Assembly: GCA_001822835.1 (NCBI GenBank)
Contig: MHSS01000002.1
Span: 1,060 to 65,059 of the forward strand
Source: Candidatus Terrybacteria bacterium RIFCSPHIGHO2_01_FULL_48_17
Lineage (GTDB): Bacteria > Patescibacteriota > Minisyncoccia > Terrybacterales > 2-01-FULL-58-14
Reading direction: 5' to 3'
DNA length: 64,000 nt
Below the pieces are notes generated by a model that saw nothing but the letters and a program-made list of their open reading frames with translations, was not told the origin of the DNA and did not search any database. The position numbers and the translations under genes are program-made. Numbering within the stretch: position 1 is the stretch's first letter; each line of letters begins with the position of its first letter. Shown here piece after piece: positions 37,358 through 47,165 of the stretch.

Positions 37358-38507
37358 CGCCGGAAACAAAAAATACGTTTCTGGGTTTTGGGCTGCCACC
37401 GCAACGCTTGCGGGAACCATTATTGGCGCCGGAGTATTTGGATTGCCGTTTGCCGCCGCACAAAGCGGTTTTTTTGCGGCAATTATTTGGCTTTTGGTGC
37501 TTGCCGTGGCTGTAGCGCTTTTACACCTTATGCTTGCCGAGACCATTCTTCGTACTAACGGCCGGCATCGGCTCTCGGGTCTTGCAGAGCTTTATCTTGG
37601 AAAGGGGGCTGCGCGATTTGTGCTCGTGAGCGAATTGGTGGGGCTTACGGGATCACTGTTGATATATATTGTGCTGGGCGGTTTGTTCATTTCAAATATT
37701 TTTGGGGGTATCGCCACCCCCTTTTGGGGGAGCGTAGCATTTTGGTTTTTATTTAGCTTGCCGGCGTTGTTTGGCCTCCGACTTTTTGCCGAGGTGGAAC
37801 TTTTAATGTCTGGGGCGCTTGCGGTTTTATTTTTGGGGCTAAGTATTTTTTTATTTTCCGATTTTTCTTTTTCGCATATCCCATGGGTAACATCCAAGAG
37901 CATTGCCCAGTTTTTTGTTCCCTACGGAATCATCCTTTTTGCGCTTTTGGGGACCAATGCAATTTATTCCGTGCGTGATATGCTCGGAGGGCGCGAGGGA
38001 AGGGTTTTTGGTGCAGTGGCATGGGGCAGCATTATTCCTGCGGCGATCTATTTTTTATTTAGCTTTTCGGTGCTTGGGGTGACAGGAGCCGCGACTTCAG
38101 AAGAGGCAATTTCTGGTCTTGGAAGCGTCCTGGGATTTCCTGTGGTGGTTGCGGGGTCATTCGTGGGACTGCTTGCGCTTGCCACTTCCTATATGGTGAT
38201 TGCGCGTTATGTGGTGGAAGAACTATGGTTTGATGTGCGCTTGCCGCGTTCGTTTGCCTTTGTAATGCTTCTTGTACCGATTCTGCTTTTTGGGCTCGGC
38301 GCGCGTAATTTTATTGCGATTGCCGGGTTTGTGGGTACTGTTGTTGCCGCAATTTCCGGAACAATTATTGTATTAACCTGGTGGCGCGCCAAAACCAGGG
38401 GAGAGCGCAGATCAGAAATTCATGTTCCCGTGCCAAAAGTGGCTGCAATTGCTATAGTGGTTATGTTTCTTGTCGCTGCAATATTACAAGTCGCATTTTT
38501 ATTATGA
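37347..38507 (+). CDS. aromatic amino acid transporter family permease
   Basis: GTIIGAGVFGLP, multiple TM helices and LATSY. Confidence 0.85.
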   Translation: MRSSAGNKKYVSGFWAATATLAGTIIGAGVFGLPFAAAQSGFFAAIIWLLVLAVAVALLHLMLAETILRTNGRHRLSGLAELYLGKGAARFVLVSELVGLTGSLLIYIVLGGLFISNIFGGIATPFWGSVAFWFLFSLPALFGLRLFAEVELLMSGALAVLFLGLSIFLFSDFSFSHIPWVTSKSIAQFFVPYGIILFALLGTNAIYSVRDMLGGREGRVFGAVAWGSIIPAAIYFLFSFSVLGVTGAATSEEAISGLGSVLGFPVVVAGSFVGLLALATSYMVIARYVVEELWFDVRLPRSFAFVMLLVPILLFGLGARNFIAIAGFVGTVVAAISGTIIVLTWWRAKTRGERRSEIHVPVPKVAAIAIVVMFLVAAILQVAFLL

Positions 38508-39043
38508 AAACACAAAAATTTTCCCAGAGAGGTACTAAAACTTTTTTGCGCTATACTCCAAGCCCGCGAAAAACGGAACAGGAATTTGGGCCGGGACGGC
38601 ACGAGTATTTTGTATGCTCCGATTGTGGCGCCGTTTATTTCAAGAAATCGTGGCATCATAGCTTTCGCGGCTCAAACGTGCGAGGCGGCAAGCATGTCCA
38701 TTTCACGAAATGCCCCGCATGTGCCATGATCGCAAACAAAAAGTTTGAAGGCGAAGTTTTTATTGATACCAGTAATCTTTCTGGAAAAATGCGCCAAGAA
38801 CTGATACAACACCTCCGGCACGTGGGGGAGCGGGCGTACGCGCGAGATCCGATGCACCGAATCATAAAGTTACAAGTTCAAGGTTCAAAAGGTTCAATAG
38901 TTCGGGTGACGACGACGGAAAATCAGTTGGCGATTCGAATTGGTAGGGAGGTTGAAAAATTATTGAAGGGAAAAGGGAGAAAGCGAGTGGAGTTTTCGAA
39001 GGAAGAGGATGTGGTGAGGGTGTTTTGGAAAAGCGCGCGCTAA
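38504..39043 (+). CDS. BCAM0308/NMD3-like zinc-binding protein
   Basis: CSDCGAVY..KSW, CPAC, DPMHRI and TTENQLAIRIG. Confidence 0.75.
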   Translation: MKTQKFSQRGTKTFLRYTPSPRKTEQEFGPGRHEYFVCSDCGAVYFKKSWHHSFRGSNVRGGKHVHFTKCPACAMIANKKFEGEVFIDTSNLSGKMRQELIQHLRHVGERAYARDPMHRIIKLQVQGSKGSIVRVTTTENQLAIRIGREVEKLLKGKGRKRVEFSKEEDVVRVFWKSAR

Positions 39044-39095
39044 ATCTCGCGTTGGCCTGCGGGGGCGATCGCTCGGGATGCTCTTCGAAAAGAGG

Positions 39096-39199
39096 ATAGC
39101 TCGCGAACCGTCCGGAAAAATTCTCCGCCTCCATTGACTGCGATACATTATTGATCCCACCGCCAGCCCGAGAGAATTTTTCCGACAGTTCGCTCGCAA
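39096..39199. repeat. ~103-nt palindromic dispersed element, copy 2
   Basis: Shares a 46-nt identical core with 11743-11845. Confidence 0.9.
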
Positions 39200-39305
39200 A
39201 AGAAACAACTGCGCCTTTCTCAGCGCATCCACTCGCTTTCAAATATTTTCTGCGGACGGGTTTCCTTTTTTCGGAAACGCTCGATTTAGGCGCACTTTCC
39301 ATATT

Positions 39306-40670
39306 ATGTCAATCCCTCGCGTTTTTCTATATTCTATCTTCCATCTTCTATCCTCGCGCAAAGAGGAGTTCCTCCTTGCGTTCTTCGTGCTTACCGCGCC
39401 TTTACAAATCCGATGGTTTTTGAAAGATCTTACCCAGCTTGTTGATGTTGAATGGACACAGGCATGGGTGTGGTTAAGCGATTTCGTTCTGTTGGCGCTT
39501 GTGGCGGTTTGGATATGGCGAGGGGGACATAAGGCAACGCGTGCGATGTGGCCGATTTTGTTTTCCGTTCCTGTGTTTGTGCTTGCCGCTTTAAGCCCCA
39601 ACCCGATCTTGGGTTTGTGGTCGGCAGTAAAACTTGCAGAAGGTCTTGCGCTTTTTTCGTATGTGCGCGCCAACAAAAACATTGCTTTCTCGCGCGCAAG
39701 CATCATCTCTTTTGTTGCCATTGTAACTATTATGGCCGTTGTCGCCATTGCCCAGTTTTGGTTGCAGCATGATTTGGGTCTTCAAAAAATAGGGGAGAGC
39801 GAGCTTTCGCCAAACCTTCCAGCGGTTGCAAAATTTGAGCTGCCTGATGGCTCAAAACTTATGCGCGCATATTCTTTGGCGCCGCATCCAAACATTGCCG
39901 CGGTGATATTTCTTGCCGGAATTTTTGTTATTTCGTGGCTGTACATCAAGCGGGGGGTGGGTTTGGTGTGGCGGTTCTCTTTTAAGCGACTTAAGCAAGA
40001 ACTTGTGCTTGGCGTTTCGCTTTTTGTGTTGTTATTTGCGCTTGCGGTTACGTTTTCCCGCAGCGCATGGATGGGATTTGTATTGGGCATTGGAGTTTTG
40101 GTGGCAGGTATTGTGATAATTCCGACGCTTCTTCGTGTCTATATCTTTGAAGCCCTGCGTTTTATGTTATTGGTCATTGCAATCGTTGGGTTGTTGTATT
40201 TTGCCGTTCCTGGAATGCAGATACGTACACATATCAACTCGCAGGAACAGGCAGTAACCCTGCGAAAGTTTTTCAGCGAACAGGCGATTGAAATGCTAAA
40301 AGAAAAGCCAATTTTAGGAGTTGGGCCCGGCCAATTTGTAGAGGAGCTGGCTGCGCGCCATATCGTGAACTTGCCGGGTGAGCGCTTAACGCTCGGGCCT
40401 ATATTTTTGCAGCCGGTGCACAATGTGCCGTTTTTGTGGGCAGCAGAATACGGCCTCCCTATCGCTATGCTTTTTTTGCTTTTTGGCATGTGGTTATTTT
40501 TGCGAAAACTCTTTAACATCATACGCGAATCCGGTCCGGCAAGTTCATTACAACGTCTTCTTGCCGTGTCGTTATTTGCGAGCTTTGTGTCGCTTTTCAT
40601 GTTCGATCATTTTTTCTGGACACTTCAACAGGGACGCCTGCTTTTCTTCTTGACGCTTGCCTTCCTCTAG
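39306..40670 (+). CDS. O-antigen ligase family membrane protein
   Basis: RAYSLAPHPN, TFSRSAW, GVGPGQF and PVHN. Confidence 0.88.
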   Translation: MSIPRVFLYSIFHLLSSRKEEFLLAFFVLTAPLQIRWFLKDLTQLVDVEWTQAWVWLSDFVLLALVAVWIWRGGHKATRAMWPILFSVPVFVLAALSPNPILGLWSAVKLAEGLALFSYVRANKNIAFSRASIISFVAIVTIMAVVAIAQFWLQHDLGLQKIGESELSPNLPAVAKFELPDGSKLMRAYSLAPHPNIAAVIFLAGIFVISWLYIKRGVGLVWRFSFKRLKQELVLGVSLFVLLFALAVTFSRSAWMGFVLGIGVLVAGIVIIPTLLRVYIFEALRFMLLVIAIVGLLYFAVPGMQIRTHINSQEQAVTLRKFFSEQAIEMLKEKPILGVGPGQFVEELAARHIVNLPGERLTLGPIFLQPVHNVPFLWAAEYGLPIAMLFLLFGMWLFLRKLFNIIRESGPASSLQRLLAVSLFASFVSLFMFDHFFWTLQQGRLLFFLTLAFL

Positions 40671-40738
40671 TTTAGTTTCTTACATGGCTGTCATTGTAGG
40701 ACACGGTTTTATTCAAACGCAAAGCCCCTGGGAGGGGC

Positions 40739-41371
40739 TTATTTTATTATAGGCAGGGTTTTGAGTTCTCTAAAATCTTTCAGGAAGTATTGCGCGCCGG
40801 CTTTGGCGAGCTTTGTTTTTGTATGCACGCCGCCAAGGTATGCGACGGCAATGCATCCTGCGGCGCGCGCAAAGCGCATGTCGCTGTCTTGATCGCCCAC
40901 ATACGCCACTTCTTGTGGAGAAACATCCATTTCGCTGCAGAGCGCAAGAATCGTTTCGGCCTTGTCGTGAACGCCGCCTTCTACGCGGCTGAATAAGAGA
41001 TTAAGGGCGTGTTGGTCGAGCAGCGGAAGGGTGATGTCGTTTTGCTGCGTTGAGACAATGGTGGCAGGAATACCCCGGCGATAGAGCCAATGGAGCACTT
41101 CGCGAACTCCCAGCGAAGGGGCGGGCGGTGGCTGTTTTTGGTAGGCGCTGTTATATAGTTCGTACAATTTTGCGTGCGACGCCATCTCTTCCGTGATGCC
41201 GGCTTCGCGATACATTTTGGTCCACGGCTGCGTAAATTGTTGCCGTAGTTCTCGCAGCGGCATGCGGGGTTTGCCGAAATGGTCAAAAATGCACGACAGC
41301 GCCTCCAGAAGCTGCGGCGTGTCATTAAAAAGCGTGCCATTTACGTCAAAATCAATGCGTTTAATCTTCAT
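40739..41371 (-). CDS. HAD-superfamily phosphatase (paralog of 22029-22649)
   Basis: FDVNGTL and YVGDQDSD. Confidence 0.9.
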   Translation of the reverse strand: MKIKRIDFDVNGTLFNDTPQLLEALSCIFDHFGKPRMPLRELRQQFTQPWTKMYREAGITEEMASHAKLYELYNSAYQKQPPPAPSLGVREVLHWLYRRGIPATIVSTQQNDITLPLLDQHALNLLFSRVEGGVHDKAETILALCSEMDVSPQEVAYVGDQDSDMRFARAAGCIAVAYLGGVHTKTKLAKAGAQYFLKDFRELKTLPIIK

Positions 41372-41464
41372 TTTTTTCTTCTTTTATTTATTAAGGCGCT
41401 TGTTTTGCAATCGTATCATTTCTGCTTTAAAAATCAACCCCTCATTGGAGGGGTTTAGACGTCT

Positions 41465-42055
41465 TTAATGGTCGTTTCGATTGTAGTTTTGGTTTTTCAC
41501 CCGTTTCCGTCGTAATCCTGCCTTTATGTTCGCAGTCGGAGGAAAATAGTATCCCGCGATATCTACTATTGTGCCAAGATAATCGTGCAGGAATGTCTGC
41601 GGCAGAGATTCGTGGGCGGCAAAAGCGCCTACTGTAACTTTTAGATTTTTGGGAAGGAGGCGTGGTGCAAGAAATTTTACCTTACGTTGGGCGTGCGTGA
41701 GACAGAATACCTTTGCCTCGCAATCATTACGGGAACGGAAGCCGGGAAACATCGCATAAGTAATCGCGCTTTTTTGTATCACGCGTCCGGCGTTCACGAG
41801 GTTTTCTTTGGTGGTAAACGAGTCATGATCCCGTAAAATGATAAACCGCACCCCATGCGTCTCTAGATAATTTGCCATAAGATCCGCTTCGTTTTTTTGA
41901 GGAATGTGCGGATCGGTATATCCTCCGCACGTAATTATATAGCCGATGTGTTTTTGATTCGCATTGATATATTTGTTCACCGCATCAAGGTAGGCCTTAA
42001 GATTTTTGGTGAGTACACATCCGTATCCCAGCACAACCACGACTTGATTTACCAC
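41465..42055 (-). CDS. YdcF/DUF218 family protein
   Basis: VVVLG, ITCGG, EADLMA and SFTTKEN. Confidence 0.75.
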   Translation of the reverse strand: MVNQVVVVLGYGCVLTKNLKAYLDAVNKYINANQKHIGYIITCGGYTDPHIPQKNEADLMANYLETHGVRFIILRDHDSFTTKENLVNAGRVIQKSAITYAMFPGFRSRNDCEAKVFCLTHAQRKVKFLAPRLLPKNLKVTVGAFAAHESLPQTFLHDYLGTIVDIAGYYFPPTANIKAGLRRKRVKNQNYNRNDH

Positions 42056-42163
42056 GGTATTTCTCCTTTCGGATTGTCAGAGAGCGTCGTGTGAATTATT
42101 TATTATCTTTTAAACAAAGTCAACATCTAGCCAGAAAGGCCATTGCATCGTATGATGCATCCG

Positions 42164-43480
42164 ATGCGTTGGTTCGGCGACTTTCATATTCATTCCCGGT
42201 TTTCGCGCGCAACATCAAAAGAGTTAACGTTGCCGGTGTTAGATGAGTGGGCACGCAAAAAAGGGATTGCAGTTATGGGAACGGGGGATTTTACGCATCC
42301 CCAATGGATTTCGGAACTTAAAGAACAACTCGAACCTTCGCCAGAGAAAGGATTATTCTGGCTTCGGAATGACAAAATCCAAAATCCAAAATCCAAAACG
42401 CGGTTTCTTTTGACGGTGGAGATTTCGAGCATTTACTCAAAAGCTGGGAGGGTGCGGAAGGTGCATACGATTCTATTTGCACCATCGTTTGAGGCGGCAG
42501 AGGCAATAAATGCTCGCCTTTCCTGGACCGGCAATTTAGCATCTGATGGCCGTCCTATTATCGGGATGGATGCGAAAGAGGTAGCAAAGATTGCGTTTAA
42601 GTCCTCGCCCGACTGTATGGTGATTCCGGCGCACGCATGGACTCCATGGTTTAGTATTTTTGGATCTATGTCCGGATTCGATAGTATCGAGGAATGTTTT
42701 GAAGAGCTTGCGCCAAATATTTTGGCAATAGAAACCGGTTTGTCGTCTGACCCATCCATGAACTGGCGAGTTTCGGCTCTTGATAATGTGGCTTTGATGT
42801 CTAACTCCGATAGTCATTCGGCAAGAAAAATCGGACGCGAGGTAAATGTACTTGATGGGGCAATGTCGTACCCCGCGATTGTAGACGCATTCCGAACCGG
42901 AGCGCCCGTACGCGCTGGCGAGCGCGAAAAAGCCGCTTGCAAGCTTTTGGGCACCATTGAATTTTTCCCGGAGGAAGGGAAATATCATTACGATGGGCAT
43001 CGTTTGTGCAAAGTACGCTGGACGCCGGCACAGACAAGAGAAAATAGTGGAAAGTGCACCGTATGCGGACGACCCGTAACGGTGGGGGTACTTTCGCGCG
43101 TGGATGATTTGGCAGATCGTCCAGAGGGACAAAAGCCCGAAGGCGCGCCGCATTTTCGTTCATTAGTACCGCTTGAGGAGATTATCGCTGATGTTGTGGG
43201 GGTTGGGACGGGCACAAAGTCGGTTGAGGGGAGTTATAACACGCTTGTTTCGGCGTTTGGAAATGAGTTTTCGGTGCTATTGGATGCGCCAATTGAACAA
43301 ATCGCCAAAGAATCTACTTCTCAAATCGCTGAAGGTATTCGGCGCGTGCGCGAACGGAAACTATATATCGAGCCGGGATACGACGGCGAATTTGGGAAAG
43401 TGAAGATTTTTGGGGAAGAGGAAAGGGAATCTATCGGTAAACAGGGATCGGGGGACAAGGAACAGGACAGTTTATTTTAA
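42164..43480 (+). CDS. endonuclease Q family PHP-domain protein (TIGR00375-like)
   Basis: DFHIHSRFSRATS, GTGDFTHP, NSDSHS, GKYHYDGHR, Zn finger and PGYDGEFG. Confidence 0.9.
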   Translation: MRWFGDFHIHSRFSRATSKELTLPVLDEWARKKGIAVMGTGDFTHPQWISELKEQLEPSPEKGLFWLRNDKIQNPKSKTRFLLTVEISSIYSKAGRVRKVHTILFAPSFEAAEAINARLSWTGNLASDGRPIIGMDAKEVAKIAFKSSPDCMVIPAHAWTPWFSIFGSMSGFDSIEECFEELAPNILAIETGLSSDPSMNWRVSALDNVALMSNSDSHSARKIGREVNVLDGAMSYPAIVDAFRTGAPVRAGEREKAACKLLGTIEFFPEEGKYHYDGHRLCKVRWTPAQTRENSGKCTVCGRPVTVGVLSRVDDLADRPEGQKPEGAPHFRSLVPLEEIIADVVGVGTGTKSVEGSYNTLVSAFGNEFSVLLDAPIEQIAKESTSQIAEGIRRVRERKLYIEPGYDGEFGKVKIFGEEERESIGKQGSGDKEQDSLF

Positions 43481-43597
43481 GAAAGCGCCATTCCTTTATC
43501 CCTATTGGCGTAGCGTTGCCCTTGACGCAGACGAGATTTGCGCACATAATGGAGTAAGTCGATAAGGCATTTGCCAATATAATTAACATAACGTCGT

Positions 43598-44479
43598 ATG
43601 CATACCACAATAAACCAAAAAATCCTTGCGCTTGCCGTAATGGTGAGCGTGTTGGGGCTATCAGCTCCTGTTGCTGCAGCTCCTCCGGTGTTTTCAAATA
43701 TCGACCTTACAACGCCCGGCACTAACCGGACCTTAACATTACCTGCGGCGGCAGATAATTCGCCGGTCATTTCTCTTGGCTCTGCGGTTGATCCGGAAAC
43801 CGGCACGGTAGTTGAAGGATATGCAATTGTACACTATAAAGCCGACTTTACGCATCGCGAAGGACACGCAAAGGGAGGAAAGAGTGGTGGTAATGGAGCG
43901 GGTGCCTGTTACGGGTTTCTTGCGAGCGGCGCAAGGTGGAAAACGGTTGAACCGTGGGTCGTGAATGCCTCAAACACGCGTGGTCTCGACGCGGCATTTG
44001 TTGCAAGCAATCTTGCGGCAGACATTGCAAAGTGGGAAGATGCTGCTGACGGCACGGTGGGCGATGCAGGCAGCGTCGATATTTTGGGGGTCGGATCCTC
44101 TACTTCCGATGTTTTGGTTGCCGACACATCTTCTCCAGATGGCGTAAACGAAGTATATTTTGCGGATGTTTCAAGTTCCGGCGCAATTGCCGTTACTATT
44201 GTGTGGGGTTACTTTTCGGGACCGCCGTTTGCGCGCGAGCTTTTGGAATGGGATATGATTTTTGACGATGTTGACTTTGACTGGTCGCCCACGGGCGAGG
44301 CAAGCAAGATGGATTTTGAAAATATCGCAACGCACGAGCTTGGCCACAGCGTTGGCTTGGGCGACTTGTACGAACCATCATGCGCCGAGGAGACCATGTA
44401 CGGGTATGCCACCGAAGGGGAGACAAAGAAGCAGGATCTGAATGCGGGCGACATTGCCGGAGTTAGCAAGCTGTACTAG
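43598..44479 (+). CDS. secreted matrixin-like (M10) metallopeptidase
   Basis: Signal peptide, HELGHSVGLGD zinc motif and Met-turn TMYG. Confidence 0.85.
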   Translation: MHTTINQKILALAVMVSVLGLSAPVAAAPPVFSNIDLTTPGTNRTLTLPAAADNSPVISLGSAVDPETGTVVEGYAIVHYKADFTHREGHAKGGKSGGNGAGACYGFLASGARWKTVEPWVVNASNTRGLDAAFVASNLAADIAKWEDAADGTVGDAGSVDILGVGSSTSDVLVADTSSPDGVNEVYFADVSSSGAIAVTIVWGYFSGPPFARELLEWDMIFDDVDFDWSPTGEASKMDFENIATHELGHSVGLGDLYEPSCAEETMYGYATEGETKKQDLNAGDIAGVSKLY

Positions 44480-44621
44480 ACGGAGTTTCCAGCAATAAGT
44501 CATCAAGAATCAGCGATCAGACAAAGATGCCCCGGGCGCGTGCGCCGGGGCATAGTGTTATAATAACGATAAGCCGTTCGTCTCTACTCCCTATTCACTA
44601 TTCCCCAATCCCTATTTTGCT

Positions 44622-45083
44622 ATGGACCCAAAACATCTCGATTTAGACCCAAAAGCCATACGGGAGCTTTGCGTGCGCTACGAACGCGAACTGGTCTATG
44701 CCAAGGACTGGATGTTTTGGTTTTTGATGGTATGGACCATCCTGCTTTTGGGTATGGAGTGGCTCCATTTTTTTACCGCACGGGGAGTACCTGCCGCCAT
44801 GACCGCAGGATATGTCGTGCTTTTGGGAACATATATTGCGCACAAGGAGGTCTTGCGCTGGACCGGCATTGCAGCGCATATCCATCGCGGCGAGATTTTT
44901 GTTTATATTTGGTGGGGTGCGCTTTTGGTCATGTTTTTAGTTGAGTATTCTTGGGGTACATTTCGCATCCCCGAGGGCATGACCACGCTTGCATATGAGG
45001 TATTGGGGTACTTTTTGGTCACCGAGGTTTCAAAAGCAGTAAATACGTGGAGAAAACATAAAAAGTTAGGGAATAGAGAATAG
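44622..45083 (+). CDS. hypothetical 4-TM membrane protein
   Basis: 153 aa with four hydrophobic helices. Confidence 0.7.
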   Translation: MDPKHLDLDPKAIRELCVRYERELVYAKDWMFWFLMVWTILLLGMEWLHFFTARGVPAAMTAGYVVLLGTYIAHKEVLRWTGIAAHIHRGEIFVYIWWGALLVMFLVEYSWGTFRIPEGMTTLAYEVLGYFLVTEVSKAVNTWRKHKKLGNRE

Positions 45084-45112
45084 GGAGATAAGGGGATAGA
45101 GAAGTGGGGACA

Positions 45113-45141
45113 GAAAGAAAAGCCCCGATATTGTTCGGGGC
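45113..45141 (-). terminator. intrinsic terminator
   Basis: GCCCCGA-ACAATA-TCGGGGC-TTTTCTTTC on the minus strand. Confidence 0.8.
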
Positions 45142-45358
45142 CTCTGGGGTGGCGTAGAGCCACGTGCCTTACCAGCAAAGGAAGCATATGCCTTTCATTG
45201 TTGTTTGTCAAATTGGTGCCGGAAATGAAAAGACTCGCCCGTGTTGAAGCGAGTCCATGCTCCGGCAAGATTAAACCGAAGCGAGATGATTGCTGGGGGT
45301 GGTGGAAGGAGAGGAGTTAACCTAGTAGCGGTCACCACCCCCCAGCCCATCCGCTACC
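45113..45358 (-). ncRNA. candidate structured ncRNA (5' pseudoknot, hairpins, own promoter and terminator)
   Basis: Perfect promoter upstream, terminator at 45113-45141, extensive pairing and no substantial ORF. Confidence 0.6.
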
Positions 45359-45365
45359 AGTTTCT

Positions 45366-45393
45366 ATTATACTCTTATTATTATAAATGTCAA
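45366..45393 (-). promoter_or_regulatory. consensus sigma70 promoter
   Basis: TTGACA-N16-TATAAT on the minus strand, overlapping the polX start codon. Confidence 0.8.
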
Positions 45394-47165
45394 CCCCTTC
45401 TCTTTCAAACCAAGAGATTGCCCGTATTCTCTACCAAATCGGTGAGTATTTGGAATTACAAGATGTGGCGTTTAAGCCCCGAGCATATGAACGGGCCGCG
45501 CGAGCGCTTGAAACGCTGGGAGCTCCCGCAGGGGATATCTACCAAAAAGGAGGCCTTAAGGCCCTGGGTGAAATTTCGGGGGTGGGTGAGTCCATCGCGC
45601 AAAAAATAGAGGAACTTATCAGAACGGGGCATTTAAAATATTACGAGCAACTCAAGGAAAAACTACCCATGGATGTTGAGGCGTTATCCGCTATTGAGGG
45701 AGTCGGTCCCAAACATATAAAGCAATTTTGGCAAAAACTGAAGATAAAAAACGTTATCGATCTTGAAAAGGCCGCAAAAACGGGAAAGCTTCGGACACTT
45801 GAGCGCATGTCAGAAAAGTTAGAGCAGAAAATATTGCGCAGCATCGAGTTTCATAAGACCCATGGCGCGCGCTTTTTTATCGGCGCAATACTGCCAGAGA
45901 TTAGAGATATTGAGAAGCGGCTTAAGAATCTGCAATGGACCCGAAACGCAGCGGTTGCCGGATCCATTCGTCGCCGAAAGGAAACTGTTGGCGATGCTGA
46001 TATTCTTGCAACATCTGACCACTCTGCAAAAGTAATGGAATTTTTTATCAACATGCCCGAAGTCGCGGAGGTCTTGGCGCACGGTGACACCAAAAGCATG
46101 GTGCGTTTGCATAATGGCCTTGAGCTTGATTTGCGTGTGGTCCCAGAGGAGTCGTTTGGCGCGGCACTGCAATACTTTACCGGCAACAAAGACCATAATG
46201 TTGCATTGCGCAAAATTGCCATAGCGCGTGGCTGGAAGCTTAACGAGTACGGTCTATTCGGGGTACAGGGTGCAGGGGACAGGGGACAGAAACAAATTGC
46301 GGGAAGGACAGAAGAAGAAATATATGACAAGCTTGGCTTGGCGTATATTGAACCGGAGCTTCGCGAAATGACGGGAGAGCTGGAGGCCGCCATTCGGCAG
46401 GCGCAGGGCAAGCCCAACGGATTGCCGAAACTGATTGATTACAACGATTTGAAAGGCGATTTGCAAACGCAAACCAATTGGTCGGATGGCGAACATTCCA
46501 TTGAAGAAATGGCAAAAGCGGCACAAGCGCGGGGTTTAACATATCTTGCAATTACGGATCATTCAAAGCGGCTGGCAATGACCGGCGGGCTTGATGAGAA
46601 AAAAATCAAGAGGCAATGGAAAGAAATCGACCGCGTGAATAGGAAGCTCAAAGGTACTAGAATACTCAAAGGGAGCGAAGTTGATATATTAAAAGACGGT
46701 TCGCTCGATTTGCCCGACGCCATTTTGGCGCAGCTTGATGTGGTGGGCGCTTCTGTTCATTCTTATTTTGAAATGCCGCGTGCCGATATGACTAAACGTC
46801 TTTTGCGTACGATACAAAATCCGCACGTAGATATTTTATTTCATCCTACGGGGCGGGTAGTGAATAAACGAAAGCCCATTGAGGTTGATATGGAGATGTT
46901 GATAAAAGGGGCAAAAAAAACAGGGACGGTGTTAGAAGCAAACGCCTCTGAACGCCTTGATCTGAAGGATGAGCATATCAGAATGGCGGTTGAAGCGGGT
47001 GTGAAAATCGCCATCGATTCTGACGCCCATTCCAACGCACAGTTTTCTTTGCTTGAATATGGCATTGCGCAAGCAAGGCGCGGTTGGGCCACAGCAGAGG
47101 ATGTTATCAATACACGAACAGTTGACGATATGCTATTGCTTTTAAAGGGCAAGAGAACAAAGTAG
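45387..47165 (+). CDS. polX: DNA polymerase X with PHP domain
   Basis: HhH motifs, GSIRRRKETVGDADIL, YFTG, LNEYG, TDHS and DSDAH. Confidence 0.95.
   Translation: MSTPSLSNQEIARILYQIGEYLELQDVAFKPRAYERAARALETLGAPAGDIYQKGGLKALGEISGVGESIAQKIEELIRTGHLKYYEQLKEKLPMDVEALSAIEGVGPKHIKQFWQKLKIKNVIDLEKAAKTGKLRTLERMSEKLEQKILRSIEFHKTHGARFFIGAILPEIRDIEKRLKNLQWTRNAAVAGSIRRRKETVGDADILATSDHSAKVMEFFINMPEVAEVLAHGDTKSMVRLHNGLELDLRVVPEESFGAALQYFTGNKDHNVALRKIAIARGWKLNEYGLFGVQGAGDRGQKQIAGRTEEEIYDKLGLAYIEPELREMTGELEAAIRQAQGKPNGLPKLIDYNDLKGDLQTQTNWSDGEHSIEEMAKAAQARGLTYLAITDHSKRLAMTGGLDEKKIKRQWKEIDRVNRKLKGTRILKGSEVDILKDGSLDLPDAILAQLDVVGASVHSYFEMPRADMTKRLLRTIQNPHVDILFHPTGRVVNKRKPIEVDMEMLIKGAKKTGTVLEANASERLDLKDEHIRMAVEAGVKIAIDSDAHSNAQFSLLEYGIAQARRGWATAEDVINTRTVDDMLLLLKGKRTK

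Noticed and set aside
43622-43643. LRQAQG-like REP palindrome on the minus strand
   Set aside because: It lies in the peptidase signal-peptide codons and is only a partial match; likely chance.
45113-45358. RNase P, SRP or second tmRNA identity for the candidate RNA
   Set aside because: No GAGGAAAGUCC P4 motif, no SRP helix-8 motif, and no tRNA-like ends.
44903-45609. ORFs 44903-45268 (minus) and 45241-45609 (plus) as proteins
   Set aside because: They overlap real genes, cross a terminator or promoter, and show no protein-like motifs.
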